DNA of 64,000 bases from Chiloscyllium plagiosum. Lineage: Eukaryota. This document shows positions 11,691 through 25,200 of this stretch, one piece after another. Below the pieces are notes generated by a model. The model was not told the origin of the DNA and did no database searches. It worked only from the letters and a program-made list of their open reading frames with translations. The first letter of the stretch is position 1. Each line of letters opens with the position of its first letter. Where the stretch lies: assembly GCF_004010195.1 (NCBI RefSeq), contig NC_057718.1:92823404-92887403 (forward strand). Reading direction: 5' to 3'. A program made the position numbers and the translations under genes.

Positions 11691-12754
11691 GTGAAATGCA
11701 GCCTTTTTAAAACTCTGGCTTGTACCCTACCCAAAAAGTGTATTTTCTATTGTGAATGACTTAAACTCAATCGTTTCCAAGATAGTTGAGCTTTTCATTA
11801 TCTGGCTGAACTGTGCTCCTATTTCATATATCTCCCATTTGTAGGATCTCTTCGAATACTATGATTATTGCATCCAACACTTGCTTGACTGCTTTGATGT
11901 TTACCAAAGAATTTTGTGTGTTTATTTTGTGGAGATGTGTAACTCTCTCCTCCATTCTCCAGCTTTGAGGGTCAGTCCTAAGTTGATTCCACTGCTATGT
12001 CTGTATACAGGCTGTACATTGCTGATTTTTTTAAAACTTTCTGTCCTGAACAATCAACTCTTGAGGTCCTTGAGAGACTTTGCTGTGACTCATTCTTTTT
12101 TTCATTTATGTGCTGACCTTCAATGGTACCAGGGACAAGCATAGGTTCAGTTATCACGAATGTTCTGTTAACACTGAGTTCTGTCTTTCACTACTTCTTT
12201 CAATGGGTGTTTTAGACTGCCTGTCTATTATCCACCCTTTGGTTAACCATAACTTCCATCTGCTAAATATCAAGAGGATCAAAACTATTTTTTCTTGTAT
12301 ATATGACTTGAAATCCATTCTAGCAATATTGATTTCATTTTTCTCCCTGTGCTCTTTCTTATGATGAACAAGAGTATGGTGCTGTTCATCGCAAGGTCCT
12401 GGTGTTTTATTAAATTATAAACTGAGATCCAAAGCCGACGAACAAGTTATTTATATCTGTCTGTGTTGCATTGTCCAACTCTTCCCTTACATGAGGGCTG
12501 AATCCTGAAACTCTTCGCCAGACTTAATTATTTCAATCAATCTTCATTCTCAGTCTTTACTCCATTCCCAAGGTGCCTAAAATCCATTGGCACTAATTCT
12601 GTCTCTGCATGGCCCCAAATGGCCATCACTTTTATTATTTTGCATTCATGTTGCCTTGCTATCCTTCAATATCTTTAACGTGGCATCTTTACATCTTGTC
12701 TCCAAATACTCTCATGCTGTATCTGTAACTCCCTCGATACATGCCAAAGAGATA

Positions 12755-12898
12755 GATTAGCCATAGGAAATGCAGGATTACAGGGATGGGATGGGATGGG
12801 GGGTGGAGGGTGGGGGTAGGTCTGCACTGAATGCTTTTTGGAGGCTGAATGGCCTGCTTCCTCACTGTAGGGATTCTATGATTCTATTCTATGATTCT
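12755..12898 (+). mobile_element. HE1-related SINE 3' part within a decayed L2-like 3' end (about 12590-13150)
   Basis: gaatggcctgcttcctcactgtagggattctatgattct tail; flanks resemble the L2 3' end seen at 16200-16770. Confidence 0.65.
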
Positions 12899-13984
12899 AC
12901 GGTATTCCCTCAAACATGATCCTGTTTCCAACTCTGGCTCTGTGAGTATTCTCCCTTCCCTCTGCCTCATCAATGAAACAGAGCCTTCAGTCACTTACAT
13001 CCTGCTCTCCAGCACTCCCCCCGTCACTCTTCTCATCTTGAAATATCTCCCTGAAACAAACTTTTTACTCAAACCTCCTATTGGTCTCTTGACTCACTAT
13101 TGTAATCCTCATGTAATATTTTGTAAAGTTTCCCAGAATCTTTTGCATATTAAACAAACAATTTTATTCTTCTAATTGTTGACAAGTACATTTAAAAATG
13201 ACCCGCTAACATGCCCATTTTCAGTGTTGATAACTTTGCAGGACCAATTCCTTTACTATAATTATCAGTGATAAACTTTTCCTTATTAACCTCTCATACA
13301 TCTGCTTCAGTGCTTCCTAAATGTATTTTTTTTACTGTGGACTCATTTTAATGCTGGAAAATTGGTGCATTTCAGAATGAGTGAGATAGAGAGGAGCTTT
13401 GTGTTTTTTTGGGTCATTTGGAGTTGCTGAGTGGGAAAATTGGCTCATCTACAACAGCTTTGAAGACTCTGATGAGGCAATTGTTGCCTGCGTACAATTG
13501 GCTTTGTCAGTAATAGTTCTGAAGACTTTTTGGGGTCTTGGAGCTGGGTATTGTGTGCTCATATGTAATGGAGCATTGGTCTTACTCTGAGTGCAGTCTT
13601 GCCATTCACCATAGCATGTACTCAAATGACCCCCTCCACTGTGAGCTTGTCCAAAGACATCACTAATTAATCAATTGGAGCACTGAACTATACAACAAAT
13701 CATGGAAGTGAAAAGCTGTCCATTGATGAACCTTTGGGAAAAATTAAATGCATTTCCAGCCAATGTCTCCACTCAACAGTTGCTACCGCTGCCTTAGTGT
13801 TTGTGATCCCAGTGGATCTTTTGGGGTCATGTTTAGGAACATTTGCCACACGGTGAAGCATCAGATCACCGACAACAACATCTGAATTTCCTCACTTAAC
13901 TGCACACAGGCAGTCTCCAAAAGTGCATGTTGGTTCAAAGGAGTAAAGACTGAGAGCGCTGACATATTTGCCATCATCATTACC

Positions 13985-15320
13985 AGAAGTTCTGAGTCTA
14001 TGTATAACATAGTGCTGACTTATTTCACATCTAATTGGCCTAACTCTAATTCAAAGATTATACCCCTTGCCAGAGCGAATCATTTAATTTTATCTGCTCT
14101 ATCGAATCCCTTAATCTATTTAAATGTTTCAGTTAGGTCATCCTTAATTCCATCAAATGAAAAGGAATACACACCAAGTTTATGCAATGTATCGTCATAC
14201 TTTTTACCCATCCAAGTTCTCATTAATCTGCAACACTCTAAGATTAAAATGTCTTTTTGGTGCCCAAGACTAAGTGCAATATTTTGATGGAGTTTGAATA
14301 AGAATCTGTTCCTTCTCCTTGTATTCCATCCTTTTTAGAACTGCATTTTGTGGCTTGAGCATTAACATTTCATATTCGCTTACATGTATACCAAAGAATA
14401 TAAGAACAGGTGTGGGCCACTCAGACCCTCAAGACTGTTCAACCACTCAATGAGATCATTGGCTCAGAATTGTAGCCTAACGCCATACACCTGCCTTCGA
14501 TACCTTTAATTCACAAAAACAAGTTAATCTCAGATTTAAAATTAACAACCGATCTAGCACCCCGTTTGTGGAAGAGAGTTCAAAACATCTACCAACTTGT
14601 GTGTGGAAGTACTTCCTAACATATCTCCTGAACTGTCTGGCCCTAATTCTCAGATTATGACCCCGAGTTATAGAATTCCAGCCAGTGAAAATAGTTTACC
14701 TTTATTCACCCTGCCTTTTCCTGTTAATAGCTTGAAGACTTTGACCAGATCACCTTCTAAATTTTAGATAACTAATTTACATAAGCTGTGTTGGTACTAT
14801 AACCCTGAAGTCCAGTTTTCATTCAGCACTTTGCTGTGGTTAGCACCTAGGTTTCCACCAGGAAGGAAACATTCCAATTTATCTTTATCGAATTCAAGGT
14901 TCACTACCTTGATTTCCACTTACTATTGTTTTGGCCAGATGCTTAATCTGTTTTGATCTTTTGTACTTTCACTCTTCCCATGCCCAAAATTTACTGCTAC
15001 CACCTAGTGTATTGTTGAACATGTTAACTTCTCTATTCCTGTATTGACATATACAGTTTGGTGACAGGACAGATCCCAGGTGAACACCACTTGTCACTTT
15101 GGGCAGGATGTGTGAGACAGTGGGGCATTTCGCACTGTAGTGAAGAAGCTGACGTCTCTGTTGATGTTGGTAGCCATTTAGTTTGTTTTCTGATGACTCC
15201 AATGCACCCATACCACAGCATCCCCTCCCCTGTTCTTGTGATAAAGTCCAACCTTAGTGAGCTGCCAAACAATTTGATTGACAAGCTATTCTGTCATCAC
15301 AGCCATATAACTGGGATCTG
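13985..15320 (-). mobile_element. Ancient CR1 fragments, nested and heavily degraded
   Basis: KVTSGVHLGSVLSP resembles the RT motif SGVPQGSVLGP; a second CR1 3' UTR starts near 14395 (aagaatataagaacagg). Confidence 0.6.
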
Positions 15321-16199
15321 TGCCTACCACTCAGACTGTAGGAAGTGCCCAGGTGCTCACTGCCAGGACCCCAGTACCAAATAACAATTTGGGACTTGGA
15401 GAGGCGGTGCCTGATGTGGATGGTTGGGATCAGATTGTAAAGTTTAGCGATGGTGATGTGGGAGAAGTTGGGGGAAGAGGGGGAGCTGTGTGGGTGGGGT
15501 GGAATCTACAGGAAGTGATTAGGAAGGGGACCCATGAGGTTGGTATCCCTCCCTTACTCACCCGTTGTCTGAGCATACTAACCTGCTGGGCATCCCCTGG
15601 GTTCTAGACCTCAAAGGTCAAGGCTCAAAGTTTCCACTTGAGGCTCTCAACTGAGGGCAAAGTCGGATAGGCTACTCTTCTCCACCTTTACCCCACTGTA
15701 AAATTTCAGACAGATTGGGAGCTGGCTGGTAGGTGGTGTGACTGCCCAGGTAATTTTATCGACCACTCTGCTTTGATACTTGTTGGTGAAGTGGGGGTGG
15801 GGTGTGGGGGAGGCGGGGCGGTGATGGGATTTTGCTCACTGGGGAAGGTTTTCATTTTTATCATTCTGGTGCAGTAAGGAAACTCAGATATAGAGATTTT
15901 CTGGGCACCTTACAGAATTCTGACGGAATTGGTGGAATAAATTACATTACACCAAATATTCCTGTAACCTAGAATAGGTTTAGAATACAAGTTTCATCCA
16001 ATAAATCTATCTCACTGCATCACTTTGACCAGAAGGCAGAAACATCAATGGAAACAGTCTGTGTTAATGCTTTCATTAGTGATGTTTCCCTAAACTATTC
16101 ATAATTCTGGTGTTACATTGGACCTGTGATGAATTTCTGACCATAAATCCATGACATCTCTAAGACAGTCCATTTCCATCCCCATAATATTGTCTGATT

Positions 16200-16770
16200 T
16201 TGCTCTGATCTCATTTTATCTTTTGCTGAAAACCTCATTCATGCCTTTGTTATCTCTTCCCTTAACTTAAAAGCACTCCTGGTTAACTTCCCATGTTCTA
16301 CCCTCCGTAAATACGAGATGATGCAAAATTAAACTACTTGTGTCCTTGCTTACATTCATCTATCATTGCTGACCTACATCGGCTCCTGATTAATCAATAT
16401 CTTGATTTTAAACTCTCATCCTTGTTTCCATCTTTGCTTTAAGGCTTTCCATCTCTGTCATTTCCTTTAGTGCCACAAGCTGCCACATATTTGCCCATTA
16501 ATTCTGGTCTCTTGGCATCTCTCATTTAAATTCTTCCATCACTGGTGACTGTGCCTTCAGTGACCAAGACCCTAATCTCTGGATGTGATCTATACCTTTT
16601 TTGTCTCACTTCCCTCCTACACGGCATGACTCAAAACTTAGCCCAATGTCTAAACTTTTAGTCTTCTAAATTTATAATTGCCTTATCTGACTCAATATTA
16701 TATAGCATTTTGTTTCTAAAGCTTCTGTTGAAAGGCCTTGGGACATGCGATATAAATATTAGTAGTTGTT
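16200..16770 (+). mobile_element. L2-clade LINE 3' end, degraded
   Basis: ctgaaaacctcattcatgcctttgttatctc (ETLIHAFV-like), gccttcagt...cctaatctctgga, 3' end aggccttgggaca...tataaatattagtagttgtt. Confidence 0.6.
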
Positions 16771-16899
16771 TATTCATTTTACATGTTTTTGACCATTACA
16801 TGATTTCAAATAAATGATATTAGTTAGATTTACTTCTTCCTCAAAATTAACTTTTGTTTCAGCAATGACCTCGTTGACCTTCTATATGGTTCATGGGGA

Positions 16900-18730
16900 T
16901 AGTGAGAATTGCAGATGCTGGAGAAGTCAGAGTCGATAAAGTGTGGCGCTGGAAAAAGAACACCAGGTTAGGCAGCATCTGAGGACCAAGAGAGTCGACA
17001 CTTTGAGCTTAACTCTTCAATAGGACTGGGGAGGGGCAAGGGGGCTGAGAAATAAACAGGGAGAGGGTGTGTGGGGCTAGGGGAGAGGTAGTTGGGTCGG
17101 CGACAGGGTAGGCGAAGGTAGGAGGTGATGGTGATAGGTTGGTGGGAAGTGTAGAATGGATAGATGGAAAGAAAAATGCATAGGGTAGGACAGGTCAAAG
17201 GTTGGTGCCAAGGCTGAGAGTTGGATCTAGGATGGGGTGGGGGGATGAGAAGTTCTGGTGAATTCAATGTTGAGGCCATGTGGTTGTAGGCTCCCGACGC
17301 AGAAGGTGAAGTGATCCTCCTCCAGATTGGTGGTGGCCTTGTGTAGTTGTTGGAGGAGGCCCAGAATGGACATGTTGTGGGGAGAGTAGAACGGTGAGTT
17401 GAAATTGATGGCCACAGGTAGGTGGGGTTGGTTGTTGCGCATGGATCAGAAATGTTCCCTGAACCATTCTGTGAGTTTGTGCTTGGTCTCTCCCATATAG
17501 AGGAGACCACATCGAGAGCACTGGATGCAATAAATGAGGTTGGAGAACACACAAGTAAATCACGCTGGATTGGGAATGATCCTTTGGGGCCTTGGTCTGA
17601 GATCAGGGGGGTGGTGTGAGCACAGGTTTTGCACCTCTTACAGTGGCAGGGTAAGGTGGCAGGTGTGGAAAGGGGATTCATGGGGAGTATGGACCGAATG
17701 AGGGAGTCACAGAGGGAACGATCCCTACAGAATACAGATAGGAGTGGGGAGGGATATATATTTTTGGTGGTGGTATCTGACTGTAGGTGGTGAAAATGGC
17801 AGTGGATGATACGCTGAATTTGGAGATTAGTGGAGTGGAATGTGAGGACTGGGGGATTCTATCATTTTTGCAGTTGGAGGAGTGGGGTTCGAGGGCAGAG
17901 GTGCAGGAAATGGAGGCATGAGACTGAGCGCATTGTTGATGACAAGGGAGGGGAAATTACGATCCTGGAAGTAGGAGGACCTCTGAGATGTCCTGGAGTG
18001 GAATCACTCACCCTGGGAGAAGATACGGTGGAGATGGAGGAATTGATTGCATAGAAGATCACGATTTTACAGGAGGAGGGTGGGAGGAAATGTAGTCAAG
18101 GTAGCTGTATGAGTCGGTGGGTTTGAAGTAGATGTCAGTGTTAAACCGGCCACTGGAGACGGAAATGGAGAGATCCAAGAAGTGGAGGGAGGTGTCGAAG
18201 ATGGTCCAGGTGAATTTTAGGTCAGGGTGGAAGGATGAACTGTTCAAGCTCCTTGTGGAAGCATGAGGTTGTGCCAATACTGTCATCGATATAGCGAAGG
18301 AAAAGGTAGGGGATGCCAGTGTAGATGTGGAAAAAGTACTGTTCCACATATCCTACGAAAAAGCAAGCATTGCTGGGACCCATGTAGTTAGCCATAGCCA
18401 TCCCTCTGATTTGTAGGAAGTAGGAGGATTGAGAAGATGTTTACGGTGAGGACCTGTTCTGCCAATTGAGTGAGAGGGGAACTGGCTGGGTCAGCAGGAG
18501 AGGAAGAGATGGAGGACTTGGAAGTCTTCCACATGGGGGATACAGGTGTAGAGGGACTGGACGTCCACAGTGAAGATGCAGTGCTGGGGGCTGGGGAATT
18601 GGAAGTCATGGAGGAGGTGGAGAGCATGGGTGACACCTCAGATGTATGTGGGGAGTTTCTGGACCAAGGGGGACAGGGTGGAGTCAAGATAAGTGGAGAT
18701 GTGTTTGGTAGGCCAGGTATAGGTGGAGGT
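16900..18730 (-). mobile_element. Penelope-like retroelement (Neptune-like), about 1.8 kb, degraded
   Basis: RT motif RYIDD at 18282-18296, GMAM..GPS motif, FLDLSISV...DIYFKPTDSYSYLDY, linker PCHCKRCKTCAH, GIY-YIG tail LEEDHFTFCVGSLQPHGLNIEF; family A-like terminus at 16900-17025. Confidence 0.92.
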
Positions 18731-20209
18731 AATCAGTTCATGGGGCAACTTAATTCCAGGGTGTAATTTCTTTGTGAGAATGAAGTACAAAATTTCTGGT
18801 CCTAAATCACTTACCCCATCAGTTCCATAATTTGCCTGACCTGAGAAATGATTACATCAAGATTAGCAAACACAATCCTCTTGGTTTGTACTGTCACCTT
18901 TAACTTCTGTTTTTACTGCCACACTTAACCCCCTTAGTTTTCAGTATCACTGCTTTGTTTTCCACTGCGACTTTATAATTTCTTCCTTTTCATTCTCCGT
19001 ATTGCTCTGATTCTGACTTGCTGTTGCTTCAGTGATGAAAGGCTGCAGTTGGTTTGACTGAGGAATAAAATGAAGAGCGGCAAAACAGTTTGACTTCCAG
19101 GTAGTGAAAAGGAGCATGTTAGTGTGGACACTGCATATAGCCAGCTATGGTGTACAGTATGAAGTGATGTAGTGCCATCAGACAAATTTCTGTGCAAACA
19201 CACCTATGATCAGGATGTCTCTTAATTTGAAAGAAGTATCCAGTACTTTCCAGAAATACTTGCTGTGTCTGGTAGGAGGAAATGTAAAGGCTAATCCCCA
19301 CTTGAGTGCAGAAGCCCAGGGGATTTCATGAACTATGCATAACTAATTGACCCTCATGCAGCCAACATAACTGCAGCAAGGCACTTTTTGCTCGAAAATT
19401 AAAAATTCTAGGCATTTGTATTACTTTAGGAAACAAACATCAAATTTGCGCCATTGCTGTTCTTTGTGTAAAGATGTTTGAAAGAACTGAGCATATGAAC
19501 ATGTGGAACTGGTGGATGAAATGACTGAAGACTAATGCCAATTGAAATATTATATTCTTGAATGATTATGTCTTGAGATCAACTTAATCCATGAACATGT
19601 ACTAGAGAGGTCAAAGAGATCTTTACCGAGGCTAAAGCTGTTTTGACGAAGATGTGAATCAGACTGATGTTATTCACTTTAAAACTTGCTGTCTACTTTT
19701 ACTGTATAGAAAAATAATTGAAATATTGTGAATTACAAAATGAATACAAAAACAATAACACACTGGCTGTTTTTCTACAATCAATATAAGAACCAACTGA
19801 CATTGTCCCATTGAGTATTTTAAACGCTGATTACGTGAGAAATTGGAACATTACTAAGATATACTGTTCATTTTCATCTCCAATTAATTAGCTTACACAA
19901 AATTGTGAATGTGTAACCAGTGAAAAATTATCTCAGTATTATTTCAAAGACAAGGTTTCCTGGGTAGATGCAGTTTCTGTCATGTCTATCCTGTCTGAGG
20001 ATTTTTGTTAGGACCAGTTTAAGAATTTCATTACAATCATGTCTTAGATCAGTCTATTACATATTCACATAGGTTATTGTTCTATGGTCTACATTAATAA
20101 AATTATACCAACTAACTCTTACACTGCAAATTAATGATATGTGCTCTTTAGGAATGACCTTGCATTTGTTTTATAACTGAAGACTCTGATGTATCTTATA
20201 ATTGAAGAT

Positions 20210-20620
20210 CTGATCACTCATTCTCTTTGAATCACTTGATCATGAGTTCAAGATGTATTCCAATATCTAGGCACATGACCTAGGCTGATACTTTGATGCA
20301 GTACTGAAGAAGGACTACATTGCGAGGGGTGAGATGTTAAACTCAACATCTGTTGATCTGTTCAGGTGAACATAAAATATCCCGTGGAAACTTGAAGAAG
20401 AGCAGATGGCATTGCTATTATGCTGCCCATATTTGTTCCTCAACTGAAGCACAATGACTAGTCATTTATTTCATTTGCAATATGTGGGACCTAGCTGTGT
20501 GCAATTGGTCGCTGTATTTGCCTACATAATAACAGTGACTGCACTTGAAGAATAATTCACTGGCCGTGAAGTACTTCAGGACTTTCTGATGATATGAAAA
20601 GTGTAAGTCCTTTCTTTCAA
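20210..20620 (+). mobile_element. DeuSINE (SacSINE1/AmnSINE1-like), degraded
   Basis: Deu-domain landmarks ctaggctgatact..tgcagtactga, gagatgttaaac, caggtgaacataaaatatcc, gaagaagagcag, tgtgggacctagctgtgtgcaattgg, aacagtgactgcactt. Confidence 0.75.
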
Positions 20621-20769
20621 TTTTTGAAGACAAGTTGGTTCCATCTACACCACCAACTTGCATCCTGCTTTTGTCCGCTGATTATGCACTCAGACAGTAA
20701 ACAGCAGGACAGTCAATAAAACTGAATTTGGTGAGTCTAGGAGTTCATGCAGGAAGCTAAAATGCATAG

Positions 20770-21400
20770 GGACATAAAACCAATGAAACAGAGGCGGAAG
20801 AGCTTGCCTTTGTCAGTCAAGGATGCAGTTTCCAAGGAGCCGAAGGTTCTAGAAAACAATGGCATAATTGAGAGAATTGAGGCATCGAATGGGCTTTCCC
20901 TATAGTTGTGATGCAGAATAGAACAGGTGGTATCCGTGCATGTGTTGACCTTCATGAACTTAATAAGGCTATTATGGTTGATAGTCATCCACTATCTCTT
21001 ATTGAAGATATTCTTTCTGAGTTAAGGGGTTTTATGATGTACTCAACACAATTTGAAAATTGTGTAGCACCAAGTTGTATTCCATGAGGAGAATGGCGAG
21101 CTAATTGCTTTCATTAGTCATGAAGAATTGTGCCGATTCTGTTGTGCGTGCTATAGTTTTAGTTCTGCACCTGCAGCCTTTCAAAAAAAATGACAATAAT
21201 ATTATATGGTTGACAAGGCACACACTGTTACCTGGACAACATAATTGTCTATGGATAATCGTCATCTGAAGATAAGGAAAACTTGTTTGTTACATTGTTT
21301 CATATTACTGATGCAGGGCTTAGACTCAATATTTACAATCTAGAGTGAGTAAGCTATGATTCCTTGGCTTTCTCATTTCATTAGAAGGATTATAGATGAT
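20770..21400 (+). pseudogene. Ty3/Gypsy reverse transcriptase remnant
   Basis: Hand translation across stops and frameshifts: LPLSVKDAVSKE..LENNGIIERIE, PIVV..RTGGIRACVDLHELNKAI..DSHPL..IEDI, SAPAAFQ, CYLDNIIVYG. Confidence 0.85.
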
Positions 21401-22189
21401 CCATCTCATATTACTACAGTTGCTGATGTTGCATTGTCTACAAATATTGTCAAACTAAGTCTTTTCTCTGTGTGATATAATAAGCTTGTAGCAAAATATA
21501 TGCTGCTGTTTCTATCCAAGGAAACCATTATAGAAATAAAGCATTTACTGGAGTGATATTGATGGAAGCAGTTTTCACAAGTTCTAAGAAATGATTGCAG
21601 TGAGTTCTGTTTAGCACATATTAATTTATTCATGCTGTTGTGTACATTAGCACTACCTATTGCTTCTGCAACTTATTTATACTACTATAGTTTGGGTTAC
21701 TTTGGATTACAGCTCCTTTGGGTTACTCTAATATTCCACCAGATTTATGATCCATTGTCCTCCCTTCATCTTAACTGGATTGAAATCAAAGACTCTCACA
21801 TTGTTTTCTACTGTTATTTATTCTTTACCAGGACCTCTGCAAGATGTCTTACTTCCCCTAGTCTTTATTTCTTTTTCAGATTGTAGACTTTCAAAAGTCA
21901 GGTTTGGTGGTGATTAATCAACAGTCTCATATTCTTAGTCAGTTGAATCCTGCTGTCACCCTCTACTGTGATACTGGCCATCACTACATATTACTTACTC
22001 ATCTAAGAGGATGGGTTTGAACATACAATTACTTTTTATTTATGGCTCTGAACTATGTAGAAAGGAAATACTTCACAATGGAAAACATTCTTGTGCATGT
22101 GTTCCAGAAATGTTTTCACTCCCAAGTCCCCTATATAATGTCCTCATGTTAATTCTAGTTTCTTTATTCCTGACTGTTCATCAATCTTT

Positions 22190-22672
22190 CATTGGGTTCA
22201 AAAGAGATTTACCAGGATGTTGCCTGGAATGGAGGGTTTGTATTTTAGGGAGAGGCTGATTAGGCTGGGACTTTTTATCACTGGAATGTAGGAAGTTGGG
22301 AGGTGATCTTATATAGGTTTTATAAAATAAAGGGGAGTATAGGTAAAATGAATGGTAGATGTCTTTTCCCTAGAATGGGGCATTTCAAGACTAGGGGACA
22401 TATTTTTAAGGTGACAGGAGAAAGATTTAAAAAGGATATGAGGGCCTTTTTTTAACACAGAGAGTGGCTCATTTGTGGAATGAACTTCCAGAGGAAGTGG
22501 TAGATATGGGAAAAGTTACAACATTTAAAAGGCATTTATATAAGTACATGAATGAGAAATGTTTGGAGGGATATGGGCCAGGATCAGGCAGGTTGAAATA
22601 GTTTAGTTTGGGATTATTGTTGGCATAGACTGGTTTGACTGAAGGGTCTGTTTCCCTGCTGTATGACTCTAT
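22190..22672 (+). mobile_element. CR1 LINE 3' fragment
   Basis: gggttcaaaagagatttaccaggatgttgcc...gaagggtctgtttccctgctgtatgactctat. Confidence 0.88.
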
Positions 22673-22759
22673 AAATGTATTGCGTATCACTGAAGATTAG
22701 AAAATGTACCTTATTAAATAATTAGTGAACTTCAATAGATCTGTCCCAATAATCCTAAA

Positions 22760-23865
22760 AAATCATACAGAATAAGATGTAGCTGAAAAATGGTCACGAG
22801 ACAGATTGATAATGCAATTGAGAACCAGGCTGAATGTTAACAATTCAGACAGGAAGTGAAAGAAAGGAAATAAGAAAATTAAAAAGAGATGCTTCTAAAG
22901 ACGGTGGAAGACAACATAGTTGAGGCACTGGATCATCTAAAAATTAATAAAGATGTGTTACTTGAAAAGGCAGCTATAATTTTGGTGAAATATCATCAGG
23001 TCCAGACGGCATGCATTCAAGGACCCTGAGGGAACTTCCAATCTACTACAATGCACATTATTGCACTGAAGGATTGAAAATGCTGCATTGTTCTTCAAAA
23101 AGAGTGCCAGGCCAAACCCAGCAATTACAAGAAAATCAGTTTAATTCCAATGCTGGAAAAGTTTTTGCATGTGACAATCCAGGACAAAATTATTAGTCAC
23201 TTGGAAAAATGTGAATTAATTAGGGAAAATCAGCATGGATTGGTTAAAGGCAAATTGCTTTTATCTAGCTGACTGAGTTTTGTGATGAGGCAACAAAAAA
23301 ATAGTTGAAGTGGAAGAGCAATTGACTTTGTTTCTAAAGATGTTTGATAACGAGCCATAGAAAAGGCTTACTAACAGAGTTACAACCTCTGGAATAAAAG
23401 GAAAGTTGATGAAAGTTATTTTCTGAAATAGAGGAAGGCATTCAGCAAGGTTACAGAAGTGCTCGCGCACAGATCATTGCTTTTCTGTTCTACTGACTTG
23501 GATTTGGATTATAAAGGACCAATTGGTGCTTGTGGATAGACTGAAGAAGTTGAGGTCATTTGCCTTAGAAACGGTTCAGGCAAGACTCAATAGGGATGTT
23601 TAACATCGTGAAGGCTTGAGACAGAAATAAATTGTTCCCATTTGTGGAAAGGTCAAGAATGAGAGGATCTAAGGTGATTTGTAAAACAGCCAATGGTGAC
23701 ATGAGGAGAAAATATTTTCAGCAGTGAGTGATAATGATCTGGAGTGCACTCTACCTGAGAATATGATGGAGGCAGATTCAAGCATAGTTTTCAAAAGTAA
23801 TTGGATAAGTCACCGAAGGGTAACAGTTTGCAGGGCTTTGGACAAAAGGTGGTAGAGTTGGACTT
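22760..23865 (+). mobile_element. Old CR1 ORF2 fragments with internal deletions
   Basis: caggtccagacggcatgcattcaagg (GPDGMH), cagcatggattggttaaaggcaaa (QHG..KGK), 3' UTR-like end. Confidence 0.7.
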
Positions 23866-24344
23866 GTTTTGTCTTTAGTTCAGTGTAACTTGTTTCTCTT
23901 CAACTATTCTGAAGTCATCTGGTTGTATTTCAACACAAGCTTTATTTGCATACAAACACTACATGAGATATTGATCTACACTAGCTCAGGGCATCTCCTT
24001 CATGAAATATCGTTCCAGTTCTTTCTCTTAATCATATTACATCATCATTCTGTCATGATCATCTAGGTTCATGCTTTAAAATCATTATCCCACACCTCTT
24101 CTCACTCTTTTTTCCCCATTATTTACAACACACACCCTCCCCAACCCCACTCCCATCAAGAATCAATCATTCAAACTCTCTGTAGCAAGTTGACAATTCA
24201 TCCTGATCTTGTTAGATTTGCTTCTGAAATTGATGATCTGGTGCACTCTGCCTTCACTTTGCTTAGGTGTCCATGCCTTGGACATGTGTAGAGATTTCAG
24301 TTGCTCATCTGCCTTCTACAGACTCATAGTAGCATGGACATATA

Positions 24345-25200
24345 GTCATAGAGTCATACAGCATGGAAGCAGGCCCTTCAGTCCAACTTGCCCACATCAA
24401 GCATGCTCCCAAAAAAACTAAATTAGTCCCAGCTTCCTGCATTTGGCCTATTTCCCTCCAAACCTTTCATATTCATGCACTTATCCAAATGTCTTTTAAA
24501 TGTTGTAACTGTACCTACATCTACCACTTCCTTTAACAGTTCATTCCACAGACCAAGCACTCTCTGTGTAAAAGAAGTTCCTCGTGTCATTTTCAAATCT
24601 TTCTCCTCTCACCTTAAAAATATGCCTCCGAGTCTTCAACTCCTCACCTCAGGGAAAAGACCTTTGCTTTTCTCCTTACTATGCTCCTCATGATTTTATA
24701 AAACTCCTTAAGATGAAGAGTCCCAGCCTATCCAGCCTATTTTTACAACTCAACACTCCATATCTGGCAACAGCCTGGAAAATCTTTTCTGAACCCACTC
24801 CAGTTTAATATCCTCCTGTAACAGGGTGACCAGAACTGGACACAGTACTCCAGAAGAGGCCTCACCAATGTCCTGTGCAACCTCAACATGACGTCCCTAC
24901 TCCTATACTCAGAAGTCTGAGGAATGAAGGCAAGCATGCTAAATGCCTTCTCAATCACTCTGCCTAGTTGTAAATTTCAAAGAATTATGTACCTGAGCAC
25001 TTATGTCTCTCTGTTTAACAACAATACCTAAGGCCCTATCATTAATTGTATGAGGCCTGCCCTTGTTTGTTTTTCCAAAATGCAACACTTCTCACTTATC
25101 CAAATTAAACTCCATCTACCACTCTTCAACCCATTGATCCAAATGATCAAGATCTCTTTATAAGCTTAAGGTAACCTTCTTCACTGTCTACTATACCACC
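24345..25200 (-). mobile_element. CR1 LINE 3' fragment
   Basis: ORF 24743-24958 [22 protein letters not shown]; gtcatagagtcat tail. Confidence 0.9.

Noticed and set aside
13469-13492. CTGATGA followed by a perfect hairpin (ggcaa-ttg-ttgcc), resembling a hammerhead
   Set aside because: No GAAA box after the stem (tgcg instead) and no PLE terminus context.
16968-17681. 237-aa ORF
   Set aside because: Only the N-terminal Cys linker is in the PLE frame; the rest is a shifted frame of decayed GIY-YIG and UTR.
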